From: Octopus bimaculoides
Taxonomy: Eukaryota
NCBI RefSeq assembly: GCF_001194135.2
Contig: NC_068981.1
Span: 88,494,444 to 88,548,398, forward strand
DNA length: 53,955 nt
Reading direction: 5' to 3'
The position numbers and the translations under genes were made by a program. Each line of letters starts with the position of its first letter. The stretch's first letter is position 1. Shown piece after piece: positions 41,335 through 53,955 of the stretch. The notes beneath the pieces are model-generated. The model saw nothing but the letters and a program-made list of their open reading frames with translations. It was not told the DNA's origin and did not search any database.

Positions 41335-41710
41335 ATCGTCATTGGCTTGAATTTCAGGCCTTGTGGGAAGATGAATGGAGGCATAACATTGCCATCACTA
41401 GTGATCACCACGATGTTTACTGGATATTTGATTTTTATCACTCTCAGTACATGTCCTCAGATTGCACTGTCCTCAAGTTGACACCCAAACACTCTGAAAT
41501 GTTCATATTGGAGCTTCCAGCGCGAATGCTAAACAGTACAGCGTGTAGTTTCCAAAATTTCTGGCCGAGGGAATTGCGTCATGGTGGTGTTTTTCTCACA
41601 GACGGTGCCCAACTGACTCTACTATATTGTGTAGTCGACAAGATAAAAACAATGCGCATGCGCGTAATAAAAAATATAAAATGGTGACAGTGTACCCATC
41701 GCAACCTGTA
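41335..41710 (-). mobile_element. Internally deleted Tc1/mariner-superfamily (maT/DD37D-like) transposon
   Basis: The minus strand begins TA-CAGGTTG, encodes KLHAVLFSIRAGSSNMNISECLGVNLRTVQ (HTH), then jumps to VVITSDGNVMPPFIFPQGLK (catalytic-domain segment). The subfamily label is tentative. Confidence 0.65.
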
Positions 41711-41804
41711 TATATATATATATAATACAAAGAATATATATACATGTATACACACATATATGTACATACTTACATCTACATGTGTATATACATGCATATC
41801 AGGG

Positions 41805-42020
41805 TACAGGACGTTAGAACAATAAACTACAGACAACGGAACGAACACATAGGAAAACGGAAAGCCACTTGGAATATCCCTTCATCAGCTGTCTCAATTC
41901 TATCTAGACGTTTCGAAGACAAGACAGAACGTACTCTAGAATAGTCTCTTCCTGGGTAGTGGATCAACCCACTACACAGAGGATTCCAAGGTGGCAAACA
42001 CAAACCAAGACAGGAAAAAA
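41805..42020 (-). mobile_element. Possible Penelope-like terminal fragment
   Basis: The minus strand contains CGAAACGTC and CTGATGAAGG motifs typical of PLE termini. It ends at a gap. Confidence 0.35.
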
Positions 42021-42290
42021 TGANNNNNNNNNNNNNNNNNNNNNNNNNNNNNNNNNNNNNNNNNNNNNNNNNNNNNNNNNNNNNNNNNNNNNNNNNNNNN
42101 NNNNNNNNNNNNNNNNNNNNNNNNNNNNNNNNNNNNNNNGTGAAAAGAAAGTTGACCACAGGTCACACGAGAGCAGAGAGGATGGTGGAGGGAGGAAGTG
42201 GAACAAGGAGGAAGGGACAGAAGGGTATAGCAGTGAAGTAGAGGCCAGGACAGAGGTATAGATAGAAAGATGGAGGAATATATATATATA

Positions 42291-42475
42291 TATACCGGAG
42301 TAAGCACATAAATATGCAACAAGGTGGAAAAAAGAGTACTCAAATGGAGTTTTCTCAAAAAAATATACCTATCCCTTATTTCTGCTGCTTTTAAATAAAG
42401 CATATTACTTTACCTCTGGTATTTGAGTACTCGTTTTCCCACCTTGTTGCACATTTATGTGCTTACTCCGGTGTA
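42291..42475. mobile_element. 185-bp TA-flanked MITE with 55-bp TIRs (Tc1/mariner type)
   Basis: 42291-42345 matches the reverse complement of 42421-42475 at 51/55 positions, including the terminal TA. Confidence 0.8.
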
Positions 42476-42601
42476 ACCCGCTCCTCTTTTAGAAAGTTTG
42501 AGCGACTCTACACAAGTAGGAAGATACAGCTGAAAAGATGGAACTTTACCCATTGGAGTTTTCTAAAAAAAATATACCTATCCTTATTTCTGCTGCTTTT
42601 A

Positions 42602-42640
<39 letters not shown>

Positions 42641-43568
42641 TACATACATACATACACACATACATACACACAGATACACACACACATACATATGATGTGC
42701 GTGTCTGAGAGAGAGAGGGGGAGAGAGAGAGAGGGGAGGAGAGAGAGAGATAGACTAAGAGAGTAACTTGAGAGAAAATAAAAAGTGAAGAAATAAAGAT
42801 AGGAAATCTGAGGCTTACACAATGTGTAACTTGACAAAAAGCTGAAGGTTCGGAGTTTTTATATTTTGATGTGTTAAGACACTTAGCTTCACCTTTGCAT
42901 ATGTAGCATCTACAATGTGGTGACGTCCACCACTGTCAGCGGTGCTAGATTTATAAAAACCGATGACTGTTTCTTTGGCTTGTATTATCGAATTGAATTG
43001 CACTCGTGGGAAAGTTATCCGCGATCAAGTAAGACATACAGACATCAATCAATCACACGCTTAATTCCATAGGAAATGGAATTAAGCGACGCCTCAATCG
43101 AGTCCTGAAGCTTCCGAATGATTTGCGATAGTATGGGATTAGGAATCTGTAAATTCTTTCCTTTTCTCAACGTTATTAGTGATACAACCGAACTGTTTCC
43201 GACTACTTGCAATCAAAATGGCGTCACCAATTTAATTTGTTGAGAAATAACTGTACCACTAAAACATCCAATATTTTAAGATACACAAGGGAACCGCTAT
43301 TGCTCAACTTGCTAGAAACAACAACCAAATCGGTCTCAAACTACTTTAATGTCTTAAAAGAGGAAGAACACAGTGACCACTGTAGATCTGGATATATATA
43401 AATTACATAAAAATACCAGAATAAACACATTTGGTCATAAGTCTGCCCGGTGTGGACTGGTTACGAATTAAACAACATGTACAAAAACGATTCATTCGCA
43501 AAAACGATTTATTTCTTTTGATTTATTTATCCTGAGCGAATATTTAATTTCAGTAATGCCAGCTAATA

Positions 43569-43830
43569 GGAGACGCGTGGCTTAGTGGTTAGGGTGTCAG
43601 CATCATGATCGTAAGTTTGTGGTTTCGATTCCTGGACCGGGCGACGCGTTGTGTTCTTGAGCAAAACACTTCTTTTCACGTGGCTCCAGTCCACTCAGCT
43701 GGCAAAAATGAGTAACGCTGCGATGGATTGGCATCCCGTCCAGCTAGGGAACACATACGCCATAGAAACCGGGGAAACCGGGCCCATGAATCTCGCTAGG
43801 CTTTAAAAAGGGCGCATTTATTATTTTATT
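43569..43830 (+). mobile_element. Full-length family C tRNA-derived CORE-like SINE
   Basis: A-box TGGCTTAGTGG, B-box GGTTTCGATTCC, a MIR/CORE-like centre and a (TTA)-rich tail. Perfect 15-bp TSD TAATGCCAGCTAATA at 43554-43568 and 43831-43845. Confidence 0.9.
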
Positions 43831-43874
43831 TAATGCCAGCTAATATACGTATATATACGTATGAGTGTGTGTCT

Positions 43875-44079
43875 GATGCTGAAAAGTTTCTGGCTTTAAG
43901 AGTATCGCGAAAGGCCTTGTTGGAATCCCAAACTTCCGATTTTTTTTACAGGGTTTAGAAAAACTGAAGGGCCACTGCAATAAGTGTGTGACTCTGAGAA
44001 AGGAATATGTTGAGTACAATCATAATTGATAGATCCTCCTGTATTTTCTTTTACCCAAAGTCAGGAACTTTTCAGTACC
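43875..44079 (+). mobile_element. Mariner deletion-derivative MITE
   Basis: Imperfect TIRs GATGCTGAAAAGTTTCTGGCTTT / AAAGTCAGGAACTTTTCAGTACC. The interior encodes GLEKLKGHCNKCVTLRKEYVE, like the mariner C-terminal G..KL..RW.KC....G.YVE. Confidence 0.75.
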
Positions 44080-44266
44080 CATTCGAGCTGGGGAGGGAAG
44101 TTTCTGTGTAGTCGCTTCACCTTATTAATGTAATAATAGCTAAATCACTTGGGTGTAAAACTCTCTATTTCTTTAAAAGGAAGATCACATATTTAAGTCA
44201 GTATGCTCCTGAAATGAAAACAATATAGTCTAAAATACTAACCAAAACGATTATTTGAGCAGATAA

Positions 44267-44454
44267 CATTGGTTTCAAATTTTGACACAAGTCCAGCAAG
44301 TTCGGTGGGTGGGGTAACCGGTACTTATTTTATCGAACTCGAAAAGATAAAAGGCAAAGTCAACCCCGGTGGCATTTGAATTCAGAACGTAAAGACGGAA
44401 AAAATGCCGCTAAGCATTTTGTGCGGCGGGCTAACGATTCGGCCAGCTCATCGC
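44267..44454 (-). mobile_element. Family B SINE
   Basis: Perfect 17-bp TSD ATTATTTGAGCAGATAA at 44250-44266 and 44455-44471. Confidence 0.9.
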
Positions 44455-44922
44455 ATTATTTGAGCAGATAATATTATTGCATAGAACTACTCTATCAGAT
44501 CAGATTGGGTCTGCTATGGCTTGGTACCTTGTACCATGTTCTCAAAAATTGTATTAAGCGCCCAAGAAGTTGCACGTGGACGGAGGCACCTTTCGGCTCT
44601 TGCACCCTTGCCCAAGTGGAATATCAAAGATAGATGTTCGTTTAGATCAAAGCTTCAAACCACTAAACATTCTCAAATAGTCGCCAGACTTACTTTGGCG
44701 TAGTGCTTTATAACGGCAGATCAGTCCTACCAAACGTGGTTCAATTCCTGCAGGTGATTCTGTTCACTTTTTCACCTCTTATAAAGCAGGGTATATTTAT
44801 CCAATATTTCATAAGTTATTTATATATAACTTCATTTGCACTTTTAACTTCTCAAAAAAAAAATCATTTTCATATTTATGTATGTACGTACACAAACGTA
44901 TATGTATGTATGAGCGCGTTTT

Positions 44923-44977
<55 letters not shown>

Positions 44978-45237
44978 GCTCATGAGTGCTTATATATGGC
45001 TAATAACGTGGTTTAAGGGGATTCATTTTTAATTATTCAGAACCATCCGATTCTCGTTTTATATAAGTAATCATAGTTTTTTTAAACGTCAATTTGATAA
45101 GTATCTCAACATAAAATCTTCTTTAGTATTCTCGACCAAGAAAGGTTTGTATGTATGTATATATGTATGTAAGTATGTATGTATGAATGTATAAATGAAT
45201 GTATANNNNNNNNNNNNNNNNNNNNNNNNNNNNNNNN

Positions 45238-45292
<55 letters not shown>

Positions 45293-46881
45293 AGGGTAGT
45301 TTCCGTTGGACATCCTGCTATCAAAGGACGGATGAACTCAGAAATTTAACGGCGATCTAACAGCAAGAAGTGAGAGGCCTCCTAGTCTTTTGTTTAGACG
45401 GCTCGCCAAGGGAAAGAGATTTAAAAATAACACCTACCTCATTGCGAAACCGGAGATCTTGCTCTTCCTTGGACCATTTGGCTTTGAAAGTGAGGATCTA
45501 AGGGTATTGTGCAAGCTGTTATTAACACAAAATTTTAGCAAGAGCATTGCTGACAGCCATTGTCTTTAACAATTAGGATAAGACAATTTATCCGTGATAG
45601 TCATACCTGTCTACAAGTTGATAACCACCATGTATGTATGTATGTATGTATGTATGTATGTATGTATGTATGTATGTATGTATGTATGGATGGATGGATG
45701 GATAGATGGACGAATGAATGGCTATATGTATTTGTATATTATATACCACACACACTTAATGAAGTCAATTCAAGTAATGACATTTTGAATGCATTTAGTA
45801 TGCGAGTTTCAGATCGTTGCATAGTAGATAAAAAGGAATTTATCTTGTTCAACATCTTCAGTTTAGACATTTCAAGACATTTTAAAATGTAAGTAGTGCG
45901 GTAGAATTCGCCAAACACACAGGCACACACACACACACACACATACACACACACACACGCACACACACACACACACGCACACACACACGCACTTGCGTGC
46001 ACACTCGCGCGGACTCACAAACACGTATATCGTGAGGGATTGAATGTACGTGTATGGCGAGAGAAAGTGACAGACACAAAGAGATATATGTTCCTCAAGA
46101 AAACGAACTCTTTTTTGTGTTGTTCTCATAACCATGATCCATAATAAGAGTCACTATTAAAATTATTTAGTAATTGTGTATGGCAGTAGTTACTACATAT
46201 GCATTCATATCCATCTGCATACATGCGTGCTATCCCTAGCAATATTATTTGTATCCATCCATCCATCCATCCATCCATCCATCCATTCGTTTATACATAA
46301 AACAAGCAAACACACATACACATATTTGAACGTCAAATTATCCATCGTTACATACATGTATGTTGAATGCGTGTATTTTTACATTTCAGAGCCAAATTGG
46401 TATGGTAACAGTTTGGTACGAAATGTCGATTCTAATGTTAGCGCAAAGCTAAGAGAATTAATATTTCGTACAAGATATATTACGGCATACGTAAGCCAAG
46501 ATTTATGGTCATCAATCACTTCAGACGTTCGTAATCAACGAACTATACATAGAATATTGTTAGACTATTCTAATCTAAGCATTCCACCTCTATAAAACAT
46601 TGTAAAGTATTAAGTTCTTAAATATATTAAAATATTATCTACACGATTGTCACAAATGGGAATTACAGCTAATATTCTACGTCTGTTTCATATCAGAGAC
46701 TACTGGGCGGCCTCTTTATATATATATATGCATATATATATATATATATATATANNNNNNNNNNNNNNNNNNNNNNNNNNNNNNNNNNNNNNNNNNNNNN
46801 NNNNNNNNNNNNNNNNNNNNNNNNNNNNNNNNNNNNNNNNNNNNNNNNNNNNNNNNNNNNNNNNNNNNNNNNNNNNNNNNN

Positions 46882-46937
<56 letters not shown>

Positions 46938-48134
46938 GTGTCTGTAAAACAGGCAAGTGAAAAGAGAGAGAAAGGATGTTGTAGAGGCAGAAATAATGAG
47001 TACTTGTGAAAAATGCTGCATTGGCTTATAACAATACCGTAAACGGTGGAAGAAAGGTACAAAATCGAAATCAGAAAAGTTGCGAGAACATTACTTTCTC
47101 CCTCTCTTTTTCTCTGACCTTAGAACTATTGTTGTCCACTACTCGGTTTCCCTATCCTTTTTCTGCTCGAACGTTCCTCCCTTTCTTTCTCACCCTCTCT
47201 CCGTTTTTATCGTCTCCAACATTCCACCTCTCTTTCTACCCACATGTTCCATCTTCCTTTGTCACTCTTCCAATATTACACTACCACTTTTACCTCTTGT
47301 CACTTCCTACCTTTCTTCTGCCACTCTTTTATGGATCTTTTCTGTTTGGCGGCTGGTTTTCAATTTCTTCAATTTTTATTCCAAATAATTTCGTATTTGA
47401 TGTCTTGGTGTAGTTTTGTATGGTAATCATTGACAGGAAATTCATTTTCGCCATAAATCTATAAAGAGGTAATAGATTTTAAAGTCTGCAAATTTTGGGT
47501 AATTTTAGCTAATCGAGAGCCACAGACCTACAGCTGCCTGTTTCCATAGTAACAAGTCAAGCTGTTACGGAGTTGCTTACGTACGTGATCATTTTTCGCT
47601 TATCAAATGCTTATAACACAGGTGGTCTTGAGATGTACTAAAAATAATAGTTAAATAGGCCTTAAATCACGTGCCAAAGTTATATTTTGCTTTTATATAA
47701 TCGTATCAATTCCCGTGTGTAGAATACAAATTCGCAAAAACTTTCTGAAAATACCAAAAATTAAAAAAAGTTATAGTGGGTTATATAGCATGCGTAAAGC
47801 AGAATTCCGCCAATATTTCATTTATTTACAGTTGACAACACATGAAGTCACGCACAAAATGACGGCTTTCAAATCCTGTTTTCTGACTGGGTAAAAATGA
47901 TCAAAATTTAAACCGTTAACTTATCTAAAAAATTGTTCTGGAAAAAAGTGAATTATCTCATGAGATTCAGCGTAGAAAATTACATCAATAACACCAAATT
48001 TTAAGATTTTTACTAAATTTCCACAGGTGCAGCTAAACAGAAAAGATACCTCTTATTTTTTTGCTTGGGATTAATCTTTTACTTGTTTTAGTCAATTGAC
48101 TACGGCCATATTGGAGCACCGCCTTGATGGATTT

Positions 48135-48230
48135 TAGTGATTCTCAACCATTTAAAAAATTATCTATAGACCCCTTTGATTCCTATTTTACTTGGATGGG
48201 CCCTCATAGAATTCAATATTTAAAAAATCT
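48135..48230. mobile_element. One end of the hAT MITE family seen at 10793-11120
   Basis: AGTGATTCTCAACCAT...TATCTATAGACCCCTTTGATT matches the reverse complement of ~11080-11120. Confidence 0.6.
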
Positions 48231-48231
48231 T

Positions 48232-48441
48232 TAAGGCGGTGAGATGGCAGAAACGTTAGTGCGCTGGGCGAAATGCTTAGCGGTATTTCGTCTGTCTTTA
48301 CGTTTTGAGTTCAAGTTCGAGGTCGACTTTGCCTTTCATCCTTTCGGGGTCGATAAATTAAGTACCAGTTGCGTACTGGGGTTGATCTAATCGACTGGCT
48401 TCTTCACCAAAAATTTCGGGCCTTGTACCAAGAGTAGAAAA
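48232..48441 (+). mobile_element. Complete family B SINE
   Basis: Head GGCGGTGAGATGGCAGAAACG, core, and tail GGGCCTTGTACCAAGAGTAGAAAA. Possible TSD CAATATTTAAA at 48214-48224 and 48442-48452. Confidence 0.85.
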
Positions 48442-48489
48442 CAATATTTAAATTTTTTTATTTCATATTAAAATCAAATGTTAGAAATT

Positions 48490-48774
48490 ATTCTTTTATT
48501 TGTTTTAGTCACTTGACTGCAGCCATGCTGAAGTACCACCTTAAAGGGTTTTAGTCGATCAAATCGATTCCAGGAGTTTTTTTAATGCGTAATTCTTATT
48601 CTATCGATCTCTTTTGCCGAACCGCTTAAGTTACGGGGATGTAAACACAACATCACTAGTTGTCAAGCGGTGATGGGGACACACACACAGACACAAAGAC
48701 ACACACACGCACAGAGACACACACACACACGCGTACACACACATACATACGCACACACATACATACGCACACAC

Positions 48775-48808
<34 letters not shown>

Positions 48809-48950
48809 CAGGCTTCTTTCAGTTTCCGTCTACCAAATCACCTCACAAGGCTTTGGTCGGCCCGAGGATATAGAAGAAGATACTTGTCCAAGGCACCACG
48901 CAGTGGTATTGAACCTGGAACCATGTGGTTGGGAAGCAGATTCTTACTCG
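48490..48950 (-). mobile_element. Full-length family A SINE with internal microsatellite
   Basis: Homologous to 1-372 on both sides of a CA/TA tract. Confidence 0.85.
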
Positions 48951-49540
48951 TCAACCTTTTGATTCTTCTTTATCGCTTCTTCGTTGCAGCAGCTTTCTAC
49001 TTTTCTCCAGCCCTTTTTCGTTCCGTACCATTGCAAATTGATAAGAGTGGTACTGCTGGGGAAGGTTGATCCAAAACCATTCATTTCTGAGATCGAAAAT
49101 GTTATCTTCAACATCTTTGAAGCATCGATTGGTGACGCATTGATTCTTCTGCTACTGATTCTTCTGCTGTCTTCTTTTTGTTTTCTGTTTATCTTAACTC
49201 CTTCAGTGAGCAAACCCGCAAGTGGATTTTGCTGTCACATCATATAATAGCTGGGCTTTCAGCTCTGCACCGCCTATGAAAAACGTTGTCAACTCGAAAA
49301 TACATGATTCTCTTAAAATTCTTTCAAAACTGAAATATTACAAATTGAACAGAATCTTTATTCTCAGATTCTAGTCTCCTCCCTGTACAATATTGTTGAT
49401 CATGAATAACACCTATAGTAAAACGACCAACTTGCTGTTAATTGAGGCCAGTGGGTGAGATTTGGAACAGCTTTTTTAAAATAAAGAATAATAACGCAAA
49501 CAACATCAACATCATCATCATCATCATCAACAATAATAAT

Positions 49541-49752
49541 TCTTTCTGCTAAAGACACAAGGCCTGAAATTTTGAGGTAGGGGATAAGTCGATTACATCG
49601 ACCCCAATGCGTAACTGGTACTTATTTCATCGACCCCGAAAGGATGAAAGACAAAATCGACCTCAGCGGAATTTGAATTCAGAACATAGCGACGGGCGAA
49701 ATACCGCCAAGCATTTCGTCGAGCGTGCTAACGATTCTGCCAGCTCGCCACT
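49541..49752 (-). mobile_element. Complete family B SINE inserted in a (CAT)n(AAT)n tract
   Basis: TSD-like CAACAATAATAAT at 49528-49540 and 49759-49771. Confidence 0.85.
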
Positions 49753-49771
49753 TTTCAACAACAATAATAAT

Positions 49772-50330
49772 ACGAAATTGAATGGAAAGAACCTGAGTAC
49801 CGCCATAAAATTCTGGGATGTGCCGGTTATTAGATATAGTGCAGCTATTTTGTATTTGATTAAAGAGGACAGAGACGTTGTATAGGTAACGCGAAAGAAA
49901 ATGGTTGACAATATTGCATGGCGCCCAAAGGCATATGTTACAGAAGAGAAAGCGAAAAAAGATACTTAAAACATACGAGGGAGAAAAGTTCTTGGGTTCG
50001 ATGGTGTTCCGGGATTCTGGCATAAAAATGTTGCAAGCATGCACAGCTATATATAATAGTTTCTTATTGATTAGATAGAAAATGAAACATCAACACGGAT
50101 GGCGGAAAGGAGAGTGTTGATAATGAAAAAAAGTGAGGTGAAGTCAGTAATTATAGGCCCAGGAAATTGCTAACTGGTTTCAGTGCAGATAGATTGTATA
50201 ACTTTCTGGTGAAGGAGAAACTATTACTAGAAGAGTTACAGAGATAGATGTAGAAAGAAGTAAAAGAAAACTGCTGATCTATTGTAAACGATCTAATGTA
50301 TATCTATGTTAGTAAGTATATAACAAATGA
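49772..50330 (+). mobile_element. R4/Dong-like non-LTR retrotransposon RT fragments (degenerate, rearranged)
   Basis: LNGKNLSTAIKFWDVPVIRYSAAIL (cf. the thumb motif N...AINTWAVxVxRYSAGI), then GFDGVPGFWHKNVASMH, RRVLIMKK and RCRKK..TADLL (RT start). Confidence 0.55.
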
Positions 50331-50943
50331 GAGAAACATGAAATGGAATTCATGAAATTCTTTTTTAATCACAACAATCATTTCGACCCATCTTACATCA
50401 ATCCCTCGTGGGTGAGATATTATACATCTGATTATGGTGCATCCTTTGCTGTAGATGTGTCTTGTCAGACGACTGCTCAAAAGGTACCTCGCTCAATAAA
50501 CTCGGTTTCGCTTGTTTCGATTATATAATATATCATTATTTGACTGTAGATGGTATTCTATAGGCTTCGTGGTTTCGCATGACATGGGATGAATACAGTT
50601 TATTAACGTATTCTTTTGTAATCTATCCAAACAACGGCTAAGTTCTTTCTTATACCTACTTACTAACATAACTGTGCGAATTTGATGAAGAGGGCACTCG
50701 GTCAGAGAGCAAATACAGAATAAATGGAAAAGTAGACGAAAGTTTAAGCCATCACCTAAGTGAGGGAAGTAAGCTAACACAAAAAGAGTATTAACACAAG
50801 CTTGACTGTGCCGGTAAAAGATCCGAGCACATGATTCAGAACTTCAGGGAATAGAGATGGACAATTCTGCGGTCTATTAAGAATTTACACCGATTTAATT
50901 TAAGATTTAACCGGCAACAGCAGCAAAAACAACTGCTGCTTCT

Positions 50944-50944
50944 T

Positions 50945-51012
<68 letters not shown>

Positions 51013-51022
51013 GCTACTACTA
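50944..51022. repeat. (CTA)n microsatellite
   Basis: Direct reading. Confidence 0.95.
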
Positions 51023-51422
51023 CAAACAACAATGGACAAGGTGGCAGGATAAACAAGTGTTTATTCAATTTCAAGGATTTTCCAAGTTTCGCACTTGCTA
51101 TGTTTAAGAAGATACTGCAACATAATCAACAAAATCAGAAACCGTGTATTGGGGATATGGGTAGATAACTGCGTCACCACTGTCGTCACTGCCACCGTCA
51201 CCACCACCACTGTTACTACTTTAACGCTTCCACAGCAGCGAGAGGCCGTAACATTAGCAACATTAGCAATACTATCATTACCACAACAACAGCTAAATAT
51301 ATCATCACGTTTCAAAGAGGTACAACTGGAGTGATACACATCCATTTCTGCAACGACGTTGAAAGATTACCTGTAAAGATGCACATGCAAAGGAACTTAT
51401 TAAAAAAAACAGCTTTACTGAT

Positions 51423-51425
<3 letters not shown>

Positions 51426-51490
<65 letters not shown>
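51426..51490. repeat. (GA)n microsatellite
   Basis: Direct reading. Confidence 0.95.
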
Positions 51491-51495
<5 letters not shown>

Positions 51496-53955
51496 TTCTT
51501 ACTCAGAATTTGTTAATCTTGAACAGTTTTTAAACGTTAGACATATTTCTAATTCCAAAACATTTTCGTTAACGTTGGACAACCATGTGAGTTCTGAATA
51601 TTTTCTAAGTATGTTTTTCATTGAATATTCTTATTAATCTTGTATAATTTTTGTTATTCAAGAAAGTCCTTATTGACCTCGAGATCTTCTATGCCCGTTT
51701 CAAGAAATGAAACTCCCGATGTATTTTCACACCATGAATAACGATGATGATGACGACGACGACGACAATGATGATGATGACGATAATAGTGCTATTGATG
51801 ACGATGACGATTTTGTTGAAAGCAAAACATCTAAATAAATTCCAAGACCACGATATTTATACATATACATTTATACACACACATACATAGCTATATGTGC
51901 ACAAACACTCATATGTATACGTATAGATACGCTCACGCATACATATACATACACGTGTTTACACATATATGCACACCTACGTAGTTACTTTGTGTCTGCC
52001 TAAGCAAACCATTAATGCTCGTTGTCTTAACATATAACTGTTCACACTAAAATGTAATTTCCGCTGCGATTCCCAGAGAACTCAATTCAAAGACAAATCA
52101 TCAAAGAAACACCGCCGTTCTTTCGCTGTTCCAGGAAAGAATTGTCTCTAGATCATTATTGCTAATTCAATTATTCAGAAATCATAACAACTATAACTCG
52201 AAATGATCTAGAATTCATCTTCCTTTATCAAAATCGATACCCAACCATTATTTACTGAAATTCAAGAGGGAAAGAATGAAGTTTGTCAACGGTTGCAATA
52301 TATAGAGGCTGCTGATGATAGCGATGTTATTAATGTAGTGGTTGTAGTTATGATCGCAGCTGTTAATGTTTTGGTGCACAGTCCATCGACGAAGTGTTTA
52401 CGAAAGTAACCATGAGATAGTACAATGCAATGCAGTGTATTGTTGTGTAATAAAGTATTAGTTCAATGCAATAATGAAACCGAGATACCTCACGTAAAAA
52501 CCTACACTACCACCATGGGCATAAACCTCAAAAACACCTCTAACAGAGCCATGTAAATCTTGTCTCCTTCAAATGCACAAAGTCAAAATGATTGCTCAAA
52601 GCATGAAAGCACTTTTGTTATCTACCACCCTCAATTCATGAACAACGCATAAAAAAAAACCTTCAACGTGGCAATAAATGGTATGCCTTTCAATGACGCT
52701 TCTAACCAGCCTTCAAGTGTTCCCTCTCCCCACAAGTGAATGAAGCGGGTATGGATAGTAGACGGGGCTTAGACATCGTTCGCCTGAGGGATCGAGAACG
52801 AAACGTCTTGAGACATCGACAGTTGTCACAATTTACGCAGAAGCCGCTATCTTAAAATTTTCTTTCTGTTTTTCTAGCTTGTCAGAGTAGAAAGTATTCA
52901 AGTAGCTATTACTATCAATGTATAACAGTTGGGTACGCTTGCCTTGTACCAACTGTCTCATTGTTTTTGTTTCTGTGGCTATTCGGAAGTCAAAAGGACT
53001 TGTACTTTTCCTGACCGCGTTATTCCTCGTGATTTCTGCATTCTCAGCATGCCTATTTTTCACGGCAAAACTGATAAGAGCCAGGGAGCAATGTCACCAC
53101 AAATGTTACGCTACAAAGTCGACAACGAGTCAGGTATCAGTGTCATTGCTAATGTCTCTGATATATTTGTGTTGTCCCAGTAAATGTATTATGTTATGAG
53201 CCAATGGGAGGTATGCTTAGTATTATCACCGTTTCGTCCATATCATCCTTGGTCTTGAAGAAAAGGTTAATATTTCTCTTTATTTTGGTGTGCTCGATGG
53301 AAACTGTCTTTTCATATAACAACTAGGGGCTTTTTCAATATTTCCTTTCACAACAATTGAAAAAAAGACCTCAATTTGCGAAGTAAAGGTAGGTTACTCT
53401 CATCCTTCGCCACCCCGGGATAAGAACCTCTGGCACAGAAAGTATTTGATTTAGACACATATTTGCACTACGCCACCCTTTTCTCTGCTAGTTCATTCAT
53501 TAGCAAAAACTCCTTGTTGTTGGGAACAGAAATAAAAGAGGAATTTTTGTTGATGTTATTTTCTCCTTTAGTTTTCTGGGCGAACTGTGTATGTCATAGT
53601 GCAAAATGTATTTTCCAGTGTCTTCCTGTATAAATTTTGAAGTGCAAATATCTGTTATTGCGTTCGCATGACATTTGTTTCAATTTTTCTTTTTGTAATT
53701 TTTAAATCGCGTACTGTCTTAGTCGCCGTATTTGAAATGTCTAACGACAAAAAAAGGATAGAAAATGTCACCCCCCAACAAAAACAAGACAGAGAGAAAG
53801 TCACGTCTAAAATTTATTCAATTTAGTAATTTTTTAAAATCAAACGAGTGATAGGTAACGCACCTTACCAAAGTAGAAATAATAATAATGATAATAATAA
53901 TAATAATAATAATAGTCCAACACCATAACCACTATACTATACACCTCCAATTATA

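Noticed and set aside
41361-41687. 108-aa plus-strand ORF after an acceptor-like site
   Set aside because: It is the antisense of a Tc1/mariner-type transposase remnant.
41882-41914. CTGATGA and GAAACGTC on the minus strand as a type II hammerhead
   Set aside because: Stem I does not pair and stem II is at best one G-C plus wobbles. It is kept only as a possible PLE-terminus motif.
52780-52815. CTGAGGGA...GAAACGTC hammerhead-like motif
   Set aside because: The core is non-canonical and there is no stem I or stem II pairing.
52833-53199. Three overlapping 76-93 aa ORFs
   Set aside because: They contain no recognisable domain or splice structure, and their lengths are within chance expectation.

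Overview
This is a repeat-rich, AT-rich eukaryotic scaffold with 11 N-gaps and dense microsatellites. The SINE families and overall landscape look cephalopod (octopus-like); that taxon is an inference from memory. I could not identify any host gene, and most listed ORFs are microsatellite or gap artefacts. The window holds many tRNA-derived SINEs (at least four families, several with clean target-site duplications and nested insertions) and fossils of most transposon classes: mariner, Tc1, maT-like, hAT, Tx1/L1-clade, CR1-clade, R4/Dong, RTE-like and Penelope-like. The strongest findings are: (1) a fully paired minimal type I hammerhead ribozyme at 1829-1889 (minus strand) with a palindromic stem III, next to what may be a Penelope-like 3' end; (2) a second, stem-II-degenerate hammerhead at 37827-37877, lying between ~92-bp direct repeats and beside a 48-bp inverted repeat that brackets a (CA)n tract; (3) a 42-nt 3' tail shared (34/42 ungapped) between the Tx1/L1-clade LINE and a subset of SINE copies, suggesting a SINE-Tx1 partnership and tail swapping. 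All family assignments rest on motif recognition by eye, not on database searches.
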